From contig OX597830.1 of NCBI GenBank assembly GCA_951406725.2, forward strand, positions 34,286,001 through 34,350,000: DNA of 64,000 nt, read 5' to 3'. Every line of letters starts with the position of its first letter. The stretch's first letter is position 1. Below are positions 25,955 to 39,958 of the stretch, piece by piece. The DNA is from Octopus vulgaris. Lineage: Eukaryota. Below the pieces are notes generated by a model that searched no databases, had not been told where the DNA came from, and saw nothing but the letters and a program-made list of their open reading frames with translations. The position numbers were made by a program, and so were the translations under genes.

Positions 25955-28054
25955 AAATAGTTATTATCATTGTTAGTAATCCATAGCTCCAGTAACTTAT
26001 CTGGAGAACTATTGAATTTCTGTGTAAGATATTTGGAGAGAACATGAAGAAGAGGTAAGAACCAACACTACACAGTAAGCAACATTGCTGTTGATTAATT
26101 ACTTCAGGAAACAATGATTAATTAGATTTATATTCAGAGGGATTTCAGCCATAGCCATCCCTTCAGAGACATGTATGACTCCATTGCCCAATGTATCTTG
26201 TCTTTAATTTGCAAGGTAGGGTTTCAATTTAAGGGATATTTGGCTGTTATTTTTATTATAATCAAAAGACGTGCCTTGTTAAATCATTAGAACATGAATA
26301 TGCAAGCAAATACTTGGTTGGGTCAAGGCTGATCTATCCTCCCTATCATTTACACTCATTCTGCTTACGTATGTGGGAAAATTGCTACTGTTCTGCACAC
26401 TCGTATTTTGGGCCAAATCAAATCACAAATGACAAAAAAAAAAAAAGGAAATAAAAGGTAAAAAAAGAGAAAATCCAGGCAGTTGATTGGCAAATACTAA
26501 CATATTACAACCAAAGACCTATACAGTCACACCTGAACCATATATATATAGAAACATATATGCACACATGTGGAGACACTTGCATAGATACATCACACAC
26601 TCTCACACATATACATATATATATATATATATAAATATACATGTATGTGTGCGGAGATATATGAATAGATACATCTCATATATATATATGCATGCATACG
26701 TTATGTATATGTATGTATGTATATATATATGTATGTATACATATGTGTGTGTATATATACACACACACATACACACACATCACACTTATTGTTGCTGTGA
26801 CTGTTGTCTATATCCCAATTCTCTAAAGTCCCTGAAAATCACATCAGATGAATTGTGTTCGTATCCCACAAATACACATTCACAGACACACACACTGAGT
26901 CCCATACACACACACATACACACACACACACACACATAAAACAACACCAAATAAAAATTCGAGCTGGGTACATTCATGCACAATTTCTCTGGCAGGAATG
27001 CATTTGAAATGAATCAAAGGAATTTGAAGCCAAAATATCAAAAATCTTGGAGGTATACTTTCTGCTATCTATCGATTCTTCTAAACAATTCCTGCCACCA
27101 TCAGTTCTATAAATCTTGATGGCGTGTACATTTGAACACGCAGACATCACAGGGGAAACCTTTATATTCACATGAAAAAAAATAATTGACAAAATAAAAG
27201 GAAGGAAAAAAAAGAAAGGAAGATATTAAAAAAAAAAGACACTGGGGGAGAGAGACACAGAAAGAAAGAAGGACATATGTATGTGTGTTAATATATATAT
27301 GTGTATCTGTGTACCATTTTTTTTTATATGTATATTTGGTTTGTTTGTAATTTAGACATTTTGAGCATCTATTTCTCTGTGTGGTTGTATGTGATTTTAT
27401 GCATGTAACTGTATTTTCTCTGTGTATATTTATACTTCTGGTTTGCGTATGTGTTAATGTATATTCTCACGTATATGTGTGTGCGTTTGTGTTTGCGGGG
27501 TGTATAGTGTACACTCAAACTCGTACACAGACTTATGTTTAAGTTCAAGAAACACAAGAAAATATGTGCTCATATATATGTACACACACACAGACACAAA
27601 CACACATATACACACACATTAGTATAAGTTGCCTCTTCCTCTCACTCTCTCTTGTCTCTCTCTCTTCCTTTCTTTGTTGCCCTTAGTCTTTCTGCTTCTT
27701 GTACTTTATCTTAGGAAGAAAATATATTTATATATGTAAATATGCATGGACACACATGAATGGTCTGTGGTGTGTTTGCTGCATTGTTTTCAGTCTAATT
27801 CTGAAACATTCATACCTACGTATTTACATACATATAGACACACATACATAAGTACATAAACATACGGACATATACAAACATGCATATATATATATATATA
27901 TACATATATACATACATACAGATATACATAAATACTTGCACAGTGATGTATATGACATGTACATCTACAGATCATCTTCATCTGCATAAATATGTACATG
28001 TATGCATCTCTATATGTGAATGTATATATATGTATATATATGTGTGTATATATG

Positions 28055-28095
<41 letters not shown>

Positions 28096-28262
28096 ATGTA
28101 TATATATATATATAATACACATTAAGATCACATATTATGAACGGGTAGATGTTAATGGCAATATGCAACTTGCAAATCGTCAGATAATGCAGCTATATCT
28201 GAAATCATATCTGTACAATAAGCAAATGTGCTATCAAATGCTTCACCCATTTATTATTATTA

Positions 28263-28345
<83 letters not shown>

Positions 28346-28526
28346 GTTATCATTGTGGTAGTATTAGTATTTGTTTTACCATTATATATCATTCTATATA
28401 TCTATTTGGTTTTCATAATTTCTTTTTTTTGTAGTTTTTTGCAATTTGCTTTTTTTATGCATTATTTTTAGTATTTATTAATTTATTTCCAAACTCTCCA
28501 TATGCCTCTCTCTGCGTCTATATGAA

Positions 28527-28565
<39 letters not shown>

Positions 28566-28603
28566 CATATATGTGTATATATATATATGTATATATATAT
28601 GTA

Positions 28604-28646
<43 letters not shown>

Positions 28647-29308
28647 GTATATGCATCCTAATCTATATACCTACCAACCTATATATATATTTATGTGTAA
28701 ATGTATACATATATATCTATATTTATATGTTTATAAATATATGTATATAGGTATGTATATACATATATATATATTAATATATATATATATATGGATATAT
28801 ATGTATATATATATGTATATATATAGCTTCAAGTACATGCAGAGACCCACACTTTCTCACTTTTTTATGTTAATTTTGTTTTTCAAAAGAATAAGAGTGT
28901 TAGTTCTAATGTGCCCGTTCTCTCGTGTTACTATCCTTGACTTCATCAACATACTCATAAAATATATATATATACACATACACACATATATGTATATATG
29001 ACTATATATATGCTACACATATGTATATATATATATAGATGTATATAAGGCAAAAATTAAGGCAACAAAAACAAAGCAATAAATATATAACAGTAATAAA
29101 TATTACTAAAACGAAAAATCACAAATGGAAAAATAAATATACATATGAATGAATAAATCAAACATAGAAATCTTTAAAAAAGAAATCAGGAAAACTATTA
29201 AAAAAAAAACCCCTGCACATTATTGTAGGGTGGAAGAGAAATAAAAAAGGTAAAAAAAAAACTGCAATACACATGAAAGTTTTCTGTGAGTGTGGGGTAG
29301 AAAATACA

Positions 29309-29362
<54 letters not shown>

Positions 29363-31015
29363 CAGAGAGAATTGATATGAAAAAATTGAAAATAGGTATA
29401 AGAAAAATATGTATGAAAAAACAATTTAAAAATGAAAAGTGGACAAGAATAAATATAGAAAAATGTGTAAAAAATGAAAAACAAGCCACACCAAATATAT
29501 ACCCACACTCTGAAAAAGAAATACATCATCGACAATACGATATAAACAAAAATGAAACAAATTTGTGTATTGCAAAGTATTTCGCAATCAATGCTTTCAA
29601 TACACTTTGGTGTTAGCGGAGAGGTGGAAAAAATATAACACATACATATATGTATATTTATATAGGTCTATACTTATATATGTCCCTATGCATGTGTGTT
29701 TGTGTTTATATATTAAAATGTTGTTTCATGTATCTCTCTCTTTCTCCTTTTCTTTCTTCTCTGTATATATATATATACACACACACACATATATATACAC
29801 ATAATTTGAAAAAAAACTATGAAACACAAGAACAACAACAACAAAAATTTAAATAAAACAATGTTCCCTGTTCCTTCATTTTTTTTGGTGTACATCAACA
29901 ACAACAACAAAACTAAATTTTATTCATTTGACTGAATTATTGCAACACTCATACACACACACACAAGCACACACACCTGAAAATATTGAAGCAAACACAC
30001 ACAAATAAACACGCTCACACATACAGACAGCATATGTACATACATATACAACAGTTGTGTCTCATTTCATTGTTCTGATATTTTGGGTGTAAGGGATGTA
30101 CACAAATGGTTATGAAGATGATGATGATGATCATCATCATCATAACGAACATCATAACGATAATGATAACAAAGAAACATGGAAACTTTTTTTGTTAATA
30201 TACAATCACATACGAACCCATATGTACACACATGCACGATATACTCACAAACATACACATACACACACACAATATATATATTAGACATAGATAAGCAAAA
30301 AATTTGCTGATATATACCTCTGTCTATTTACAGTTATACACAGAGAAACATAAATATGTAGATGTGGGTACCTCTATATGTATATACTTCTGCATATACA
30401 TGCAGGTGTGTCTGTGTGTGTGTGTGTGTATGTATACTTTTGTTTACATGTATATATCAAGCATTTAGTAATACATTCCTGTACATACATGAAGAATCTG
30501 TATATACACAATGAAGTACAATTGAATTTATACACATTAATTTCAAGACTGTAAGTGTGTGTATACATCTCTCTCCCTCTCTCCTTCTCTCTCTCTCTTT
30601 CTCTCTCCCTATACATATATAAACATAAGTTTATAAATGTATATATACATACATATATAAGTATATATGCACGTATATATATTTGTGAACAAGTGACCGT
30701 ATAAAATAATGTTTTATACATAGGCACATACATTCCTATATATATACTATATATATATATTTATATATATGTGTGTGTGTGTGTGTGTACAGATACTCAT
30801 TTATACACACAGTGTGTGTACTTGTGTATTCATATAAGTACATATAAATATACATATCCATACACATGTATATATATAGTTATATTAAATATATATATAT
30901 ATATATAGATTATGTATCATATTAATAATATATGCATATAGGTATATAATATATATGAAACCTGCATTACATTAATAATTTTATGCACATATGTAGATAT
31001 AGATACATACATATA

Positions 31016-31060
<45 letters not shown>

Positions 31061-32028
31061 GTATATATATGTGATGAGAAAAACTCTGTTACCCTGAAGA
31101 ACAATAAAAAGGAATTAAAACTCACATAAATAATAAAGGCTTACTCTTAAGCGTATTAAGTGTGCAGAGAGTGAAATAGCAACTAGAAGTGAGGGATATC
31201 ATGTGAGAGGGTGGAAAAAAAAATTAAACATCTGATTTATTGTAACTTATTGTAAAGTGCATCCACTGGTGTAACATTAGACACATTTATAGCATACCTA
31301 CACACACATTTGTGCATCAGTCTATGCGTATGTATGTGTATATGAGTGTACAGATATATAAGTAGTATATATGTGTGTGTGTGCATGCATATGTGTTTGT
31401 GCATGTGATATATACATATATAGCATATGCATGTAATATATATGTAGTATATTTATGTATATATAAGATATATATACTCATATGATATATATCTAATATA
31501 TATGCAATATATTTATATATGTATATACATATATATAATATATATATGTTATATATGTACTAAATATATGTATAAATATGTATAAATATATGTATATATG
31601 TACTAAATATATGTATATATATATTATTATGTATGTGTGTATATATATATATGAATATATATATATATGTTATATATGTACTATATATATATATTATTTA
31701 AGTATGTGTGTGTATATATATATGTTATATATGTACTATATATATATATTATTTATATATAAAAATATATATATATATGTGCTGTGTGGTGAAGAAGCTT
31801 CCTACCTAAGCATGTATTACTTGATTGAAGAAGCACTCTACGCAACACCTTAGGCAAGTGTCTTCCACTGTAACCCCAGCATAACCAAAGCATTGTGTGT
31901 GGATTTTGTAGACTGAAACTGAAAGAAGCTTAAGATATATATATATACATATATGTATATATATATGCATTCATACATATATATATATCCATGTATATAT
32001 ACACGTATATATATATATATATATGTAC

Positions 32029-32114
<86 letters not shown>

Positions 32115-32343
32115 TTTTCTTTTTTCTTTTACTTGTTTCAGTCATTTGACTGCAGCCATGCTGGACCACTGCCTTTAGCTGAGTAAATCAACCCCAGAAC
32201 TTCTTTATAAGTCTAGTACTTACTCTATTGATCTCTTAGCCAAACCGCTAAGTTTCGGATACGTAAACACACCAGCATCAGTTACCAAGTGATGTTGGGT
32301 GCAGCTACTCTTGTACCTATGTATTTATATGTATACATACATA

Positions 32344-32384
<41 letters not shown>

Positions 32385-33134
32385 TCACACATGTATAAAT
32401 ATATGTTTATACTTGTAATCATGTATTTGTGTTTGCACATACCCTTGTCTTGGCGTTTTGTTTTAGGTGTAAACAATTGTCACAAATTATATGAGTGTTG
32501 TCTATTTCCTATCTTCATGTTGGGCCATGGGGATAGCTTACTTTCTTGAACTCAGGTAAGGTTTGGTGACAGGTAGGGCTTCTAGCCATAGAAAATTTGC
32601 CTGAACAAATTCAGTTTTTTCGTTTAAATGATGATTTTAAGAGTGTATGTGTGTGAGAGAGGGAGGTATAATATTTATATGTATATCTTCATCATAATAT
32701 ATATTCATATATATATATGCTTCTAACTTTTTCAAATTTTCTGAGGAAATGATAGACACCATTTTCTATTTAAACAAACAGTTCTTAAATTAACACCTTT
32801 TTTGAAAACAGCTAAATTCTTTAAACTAGATGAAGATGACTTTCATTTTCTTGCTCAAATTGATGAAGTAATTCTGTAATTAAATATGTAAGCATTTGTA
32901 ATTTACATTCTGATAAGTTTTTGATATGATGTATTTTGTAAATGCAGATATGGATTTAAATTTCTTCCAGTGTATTCCTGATTACTGACAGTAGAAATTA
33001 CAATATACAAATGATTGACTACAGGTGGGAAATTTAATTACACCTCATCATGTGTGGCCCATTCTGCAGAATAAATTTTATTGCATAAACCTTCACATAC
33101 ACACATGCATATATATATATATATATATAAATAT

Positions 33135-33335
33135 ATCCCTTCGGTTATCTGGCCATCTCTTTGATGGCCAGATAACCGAAGAGATGGTGTTGTGGATTTC
33201 CACTTCGGCATCTGAAACTCCGAGTTTTATCTTGACTATTGAGTAAATGTAACATATTATTTTATAGATAAATTTCCTCTATTTACATAATATTGAGGTC
33301 TCTTTCTTTCTTTTGTTATCTTACTGTTTTTACCA

Positions 33336-33338
<3 letters not shown>
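33135..33338 (+). mobile_element. Short fold-back element with hammerhead-like motif, in (TA)n
   Basis: Perfect 19-bp hairpin 33139-33157/33163-33181 overlapping a hammerhead fold; flanked by (TA)n. Confidence 0.65.
33170..33232 (+). ncRNA. Type I hammerhead-like motif (U4C core variant)
   Basis: AGATAA CCGAAGA GATG...CATC T GAAA CTC c GAG T T TTATCT: 6-bp stem I, extended stem II, near-palindromic stem III. Confidence 0.55.
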
Positions 33339-33383
<45 letters not shown>

Positions 33384-33594
33384 ATATATCTTCTTAGCTA
33401 CAAAGTGAACCAATAAATTTATGCATATGGCTAGATAATATTTGAATTCAGAATCTGAACTCCAATATATTGCAGTTTGGGGAGCTTAAATGGCCACAAA
33501 CTCTCTCTCTCTCTCTTTGAGATATATGTTTATATACATTTACATTCTTAATTATATGCCATATACTCTATATATTTATAGTCCTGTGTGTAGA

Positions 33595-33830
33595 TATGCC
33601 AAGCCAAGTGAAATTGTAATCATGACCAGTGCTGGTGTCACATAAAAGCCACCCACAACACTCTTTGAGTGATTGGCATTAGGAAGGGCATCCAGCTGTA
33701 GAAACCAAGCCAAAACAGACTGGAGCCTGATACAGGTCTCCAACTTACTAGTTCCTATTAAACTGTTAAACCTATGCCATCATGGAAAACGAAGGTTTAT
33801 TGATGATGATGATGATGATGATGGTGATGA
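33595..33830 (+). mobile_element. RTE-type 3' tail ending in (GAT)n (others near 5270, 7316, 34137, 34508, 46050, 57833, 61134)
   Basis: GGCATTAGGAAGGGCATCCAGCTGTAGAAAC...CATGGAAAAC-(GAT)n matches 50190-50346. Confidence 0.8.
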
Positions 33831-34725
33831 TACACACATGTAATTATTAATGGATTTTTTTCCACTTTTATAACTGTAAGGTTTATGATTTGAGTGAAAT
33901 TTAGCTGCTAATTCTAGTAGATCAAATAACCATGGATATAGTTTTTTCTTATTTTGCATCTTCTATAGTAAATAATTATTAGCACAACAGGATATAATGA
34001 GGTTTCTTTTGCCTACACTAGTGATTGGTTTTATGCCAGGCAATATTCCCCTGGACCAAGGAGAATCGTTGGCATAAGAAAACCCATTAACATGCGTAAT
34101 GTATCATTTACCTATTACACATATAACTTATATAGCATCATCATCATCATGATCTGTTAACATCTGCTTTCCATGTTGGCATTGGTCGGATGGTTTGCCC
34201 AGAGCTGGCAGGGCCAGATAGCTGCTCTAGGTTCCAGTCTGATTTGGCTTGGTTTGTACAACTGGATGTCCTTCCTAGTGCCAACCACTTTACAGTGTGT
34301 ACTGGGTACTTTTAACATGTGCATCTCTACCACTGCACCAGTGTCACCTTCATTTACACACTCTTATTCCTAAACCACCACTATACTCTTACTGCCATCA
34401 TATCACTGCCACAACCACCACCACCACCACCACTACATTAACACTTGTGCTACCAAAGTCTTTGTATATCAGATAAAATAGATCTTGATTGGAATTTCTG
34501 ACCATGAGGCATTAGGAAGAGCATCCAGCTGTAGAACCTCTGCCAGATCAAGATTGGAGCCTGGTGCAGCCATCTGGTTCGCCAGCCCTCTGTCAAAACG
34601 TCCAACCCATGCTAGCATGGAAAGCGGACGTTAAACGATGATGATGATGAGGGTTCAGTTGTTAAGCCAACTATGTTACAAAGCTCATTGAATGGGTGGC
34701 TGAGTATTCCACAGACAGTTGTACC

Positions 34726-34950
34726 TTAACCCCTTAGCATTTAAACTGGCCATACCTGGCCCAAATGTTTTACCTGTTTTATGTTCAAGCTGTCCAGAAC
34801 TAGCCTCTCACACCTGCCCTACAATGTTATTCTAAAATTATAGAATTGCATCGCCAAAATTCTAAAGCTATGGGATAATGCATGATTAATTCAAAGCAAT
34901 GTGAAGAAATAAAGCATTGCATTTGACAGAATAATCTGAATGCTAAAGGA
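34726..34950 (+). mobile_element. TTAA-flanked (piggyBac-like) MITE family 1
   Basis: TTAA-CCCCTTAGCATT...AATGCTAAAGG terminal inverted repeats. Confidence 0.75.
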
Positions 34951-35060
34951 ATAGTTCTATTGTTACCATATTTCTGTTGGAATACATTTCCTTTGTTCCA
35001 ATTAATTCTGAAAATAACAAAGAACTCAATAACTGGTGTTTGTAACATAAATTACCATTA

Positions 35061-35484
35061 GGTGCAGGAGTGGCTGTGTGGTAAGTAGTTTGCTTACCAA
35101 TCACATGGCTCTGGGTTCAGTCTCACAGCGTGGCACCTTGGGCAAGTGTCTTCTACTATAGCCTCAGGCCGACCAAAGCCTTGTGAGTGGATTTAGTAGA
35201 CAGAGACTGAAGGAAGCCTGTCGTATATATGCATGTGTATATATATGTGTGTGTATGTGTGTGTGTGTGTGTGTTTGTGTATTTGTGTGTCTGTGTTTGT
35301 CCCCCCAACATCACTTGACAACCGATGCTGGTGTGCTTACGTCCCCGCAACTTAGCGGTTTGTCCAAAGAGACTGATAGAATAAGTACTAGGCTTCCAAA
35401 GAATAAGTCCTGGGGTCGATTTGCTTGACTAAAGGCGGTGCTCCAGCATGGCCACTGTCAAATGACTGAAACAAGTAAAAGAGT
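35061..35484 (+). mobile_element. SINE family A nested in an old minus-strand TTAA MITE (about 34955-35589)
   Basis: Full-length A copy; its flanks join into a diverged reverse complement of 46818-47045. Confidence 0.85.
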
Positions 35485-36273
35485 ATGAAATTTTGAATGG
35501 AAGTTTTGAACTTAAATGACATTAAAACAAGAAGTTTGAACTGTGTGGTTATGAGTAGTCTCAGGTGGGATGGTCTCAAAAGGGTTTAATGTAATTCACT
35601 AGTCAAATCAGCATGAAATGATGTGTGGAAAATGTTGAGCCTTGATATTAGAGGATTCGATAAAGTTTTTAGTTTTTATCAGCCCTGTTTAACTTAAAAG
35701 ATATTGGTTTGTTAAAAGCCATAGCAAATGACATTTGGCCAAGTTGCCAGGTAGTGGATTTGAAACTGAGACCTTCTGATTGCAAAGAAAACTTAACCAT
35801 TCTTCCAACATATCTCAGATAATGTGGCAGGCATTTGTTTCTTATATGCATGAATAATTCTTCAGGTGGCAGATTTCTTTGAAACAAGATACTCTGCAAC
35901 AAAAGTGTTTGGTTCTATTCCTCATCTTTCATCCTCACCTCCTCCTCCTCCTCCTCCTCCTCTTGACAATGGTGTTGATATGAGGAAGGTGAATGACTTA
36001 GTAGCAAATCAATATGAGACATCAAATTATTTGGTGATACTGGGTCTCTTAAGGATAAGAAAGAATATTCTGAAGAAAAAGAATATGACAATAACAGCAA
36101 AAAAAAAAAAATATGTGAAATCAAAAAAAGAAATTCACACAAATCTTTAGGTAATAACCCTTTCTCCTGCCCCAGCGGTGTTTTGTATAGTTTTAATTTG
36201 AAAAAAAAAAAAAACGAAACATAAATTGTAGCAAAGCTGAAGAAAAATGTGACATCTACTTTGGCAAAAAATA

Positions 36274-36329
<56 letters not shown>

Positions 36330-36624
36330 TTCAATCGTGCTTTTAATAATTTATTCATTTGTTTTCTTTTTTCTTTTTTTTTTTTCTTCCAACCAATTTT
36401 CATGTTGGATATGAATTAACTCTGAAAGATTTTGATTTATATATCTTTTTCTGCTTTTTTTCTTTTTTTTTGATAATATATCATATATATATATATATAT
36501 ATATATATAAGCTTTGATATTATTCCTAAACCAAGCCTGAATGTAATTTTTCAGGAAACTAAAATTTCTTATAATCTCTTTGATCCTTGTAATATGTAAT
36601 GTACTTTGTCAATATCATTATCAA

Positions 36625-36699
<75 letters not shown>

Positions 36700-36830
36700 C
36701 AGTAATAATAATGATGATAATAATAATAATAACAATAATAAGTATAATATTTTCCGTTTTTAGATATATGGTGGAATTGACATTGGAAAATGACAAAATG
36801 CAACAAGATTAAAAATAAAAAAAAAAATAT

Positions 36831-36876
<46 letters not shown>

Positions 36877-37284
36877 ACACATACACATATATAAGTAAAA
36901 TGAAAGATAAATCCATGAATAAAATAGAGAAAAACCAGAAGACAAACCAAATATATATCTCTCAATTTCTCTCTCATATACACATGTGTATGTGTGTTTT
37001 TTTCACGTATTGTGTGTGCGCGTGTGAGTGTGTGTGAGTGTGAGTATATAGGAAAGGAACAAAGTATTGGGTTATCTGCCACTTATTTCCAATAATATTG
37101 ATAACCTTTAGATTGACGCTATTGGTGTAAATGGAGTGACAGAGATATTTAATAATCATGAGAAAGGGTGGGTGTGGTGGATAGTGCCACCACGGCTTCC
37201 ACACACATCATCACCACAATCACTACCACCACCACCACCATCATTACTTATACTACAACCAATGCAATAATAATAATAATAATC

Positions 37285-37581
37285 CTTTCTATTAAAAGCA
37301 CAAGGTTTGAAATTTTACATCAACCCCAGTGCGTAACTGGTACTTATTTTATTGACCCTGAAAGGATGAAAAGTAAGTTGACCGCTGCATAATGTGAAAT
37401 CAGAACATAAAGATGGACAAATTGCCCCTAAGCATTTTGCCAGGCATGTTAATGATTCAGCCAGCTTATTACCATTATAATAATTCTTTCTATAACAGGC
37501 ACAGGGCCTAAAATTTTTTGGGGTGATGGTAAGTTGAGCACCAAATGCTAAACTGGTACTTCCTACCAACTTACCACCTTC

Positions 37582-37632
<51 letters not shown>

Positions 37633-37845
37633 CTTTCTACTAAAGGTACGAGGTCCAAAATTTAAGGGGAGGGGGATAGTCATTTTCATCGACCCCAGTG
37701 TTTCACTGGTACTTAATTTATCGACCCCAAAAGGATGAAAGGCAAAGGCAACCCCAGCGGAATTTGAACTCAGAGCATAGTGGCAGACAAAATACCACTA
37801 AGCATTTCACCCAGCAGTGTGCTAATTATTTGGCCAGCTCACTAA
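37285..37845 (-). mobile_element. Cluster of family B SINEs separated by (AAT)n
   Basis: CCC-AAAGGATGAAA...CTAAGCATTT...GCCAGCT at about 37285-37475 and 37630-37845; more at 38700-39120 and 39980-40560. Confidence 0.75.
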
Positions 37846-37978
37846 TTATAATAATGCTGATTTCATTTATTTTCCACCAAGATGAAGGATGAGGGGGAAA
37901 AGCACAAAGACAGATGTAAAGTGTTGGGGTTTATATATAATGAAAGGATAAAAAAAAGTAAGTATATACACGGTTTTG

Positions 37979-38272
37979 TGGAACTCCATTGATTATGACA
38001 ATGAGGGTTCCAGTTGATCCAATCAAAGGAGCAGCCTGTTTGAAATCAACGTGCAAATGGCTGAGCACTCCACAGACATGTGTACCCTTAACGTAGTTTT
38101 TGAGATTATTCAGCGTCACACTGTGTGTGATAAGGCTGACCCTTTGAGATACAGGTATAACAGAAACAGGAAGAAAGATTGAGAGAAAGTTGTGGTGAAA
38201 GAGTGCAGCAGGGTTTGCCACAACCCCCCTGCTGGAGCCTCATGGAGCTTTAGGTGTTTTTTGCTCAATAAG
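37979..38272 (-). mobile_element. SINE family C body joined to the tail seen at 79-402
   Basis: GAGAAAGTTGTGGTGAAAGAGTGCAGCAGGG (C body) contiguous with GGCTGAGCACTCCACAGACA. Confidence 0.8.
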
Positions 38273-38275
38273 CAA

Positions 38276-38391
38276 AAGTCTTCTACTATAAGAAGTCTTC
38301 TACTCAGTAAGCAAGTGTCTTCTACTATAGCCTTGGGCCAACCAAAACCTTGTGAGTGGATTTAGTAGACAGAAACTGAAAGAAACCCATC

Positions 38392-38447
<56 letters not shown>

Positions 38448-38672
38448 ATATGTTTGTGTGTCTGTGTTTGTCTCTCCCACCAACATTGCTTGACAACCGA
38501 TAGTGATGTGTTTACGTCCCCTTAATTTAGCAGTTTGACAAAAAGGACTGATAGAGTAAGTACTAGGCTTACAAAGAATAAGTCCTGGGGTCAATTTGCT
38601 TGACTAAAGGTGGTGCTCCAGTATGGCTGCAGTCAAATGACTAAAACAAGTAAAAGAGTAAAGAGTAAAGAG
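38276..38672 (+). mobile_element. 5'-truncated SINE family A with stuttered 5' junction
   Basis: GTCTTCTACT occurs three times at 38276-38330, followed by a normal A body and tail. Confidence 0.85.
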
Positions 38673-39255
38673 AGAATATCTTTTGCTGTTGATGGTGTCT
38701 TCGAAAAATTCATGGCAGGGGGACCTTTTGGACACCCTGTACTTGACTGGTAGTTTATCATATCGACTCCAAAATAATAAGTTGGATTCAGCAGGATTTG
38801 AAATCAAAAGATAAAGGGTCAGAAGAAATTTCACAAAGCATTTTGTCCAATGCATTAACGATTCAGCCATCATGCCACCTTAACAACAGCACCAACAATA
38901 ATAATCTCTTTCTGCTATAAGCACAGGGCTTGACATTTTGGGGAAGGTGACTAATTGATTACATGATCCCCAGTGGACAGCTAGCATGTATTTTATCAAC
39001 CCTGAAAGGATGAAAATCAAAATTTGACTTTGACAAGATTTGAACTCAAAATTTAAGAGTCAGACAAAATGCTACTAACCTTCTATCTGATGCATTCACA
39101 ATTCTGCCAGCTCACCATCTATATGATAATAATGGTAGTGATACTAATAATAATAATAATGATGATGATGATGATGATGATTTCATTTATTTTCTACAGG
39201 GGTGAAGGATGAGGGGGGACAATGCAAAGATAATAATAATAATAATAATAATAAT

Positions 39256-39468
39256 GAGAGGAAAGGAAGCCCAAAAAACTGCTCTGCTGGGGACAGCTGG
39301 GGTTCTGAGATTGGTACTTGGTTGCTGAATGTCTCCCACGATAATTAATAACCAAGTATCAAAGCTTATAATGTGTGGAAAGAGACCCTGTGAGACATCT
39401 GACAACAGGCTGCTGTCCACTCTCACGGAATCTGCCAGAAACAAGACCAAGCATTCTGAGAAGCAAAA
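39256..39468 (+). mobile_element. 3' end of a second R4/Dong-like family in (AAT)n
   Basis: Translates AQKTALLGTAGVLRLVLGC* (stop 39326-39328), resembling the QK..LLGTA.IL...L C-terminus; different 3' UTR. Confidence 0.65.
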
Positions 39469-39488
39469 CAACAACAACAACAATGATG

Positions 39489-39539
<51 letters not shown>

Positions 39540-39549
39540 TTAATAATTA

Positions 39550-39958
39550 CTCTTTTACTCTTTTACTTGTTTCAGTCATTTGACTGCGGCCATGCTGGAG
39601 CACCGCCTTTTAATCGAGCAACTCGACCCCGGGACTTATTCTTTTGTAAGCCCAGTACTTATTCTATCGGTCTCTTTTGCCGAACCGCTAAGTAACGGGG
39701 ACATAAACACACCAGCATCGGTTGTCAAGCAATGCTAGGGGGGGGGGAACAAACACAGACACACAAACACATATATATATACATATACATATATACGACG
39801 GGCTTCTTTCAGTTTCCGTCTACCAAATCCACTCACAAGGCATTGGTCGGCCCGGGGCTATAGCAGAAGACACTTGCCCAAGATGCCACGCAGTGGGACT
39901 GAACCCGGTACCATGTGGTTGGTTAGCAAGCTACTTACCACACAGCCACTCCTGCGCC
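39550..39958 (-). mobile_element. Young full-length SINE family A
   Basis: CpG-rich and complete from the GGCGCAGGAGTGGC head to the (GTAAAAGA)2 tail. Confidence 0.9.

Noticed and set aside
26974-27192. 72-aa ORF in the unique island
   Set aside because: Non-ATG start, no recognisable homology and no splice context; only the hairpins are reported.
31071-31235. C/D snoRNA (GTGATGA...CTGA)
   Set aside because: No terminal stem and no recognisable rRNA guide; such short boxes occur by chance.
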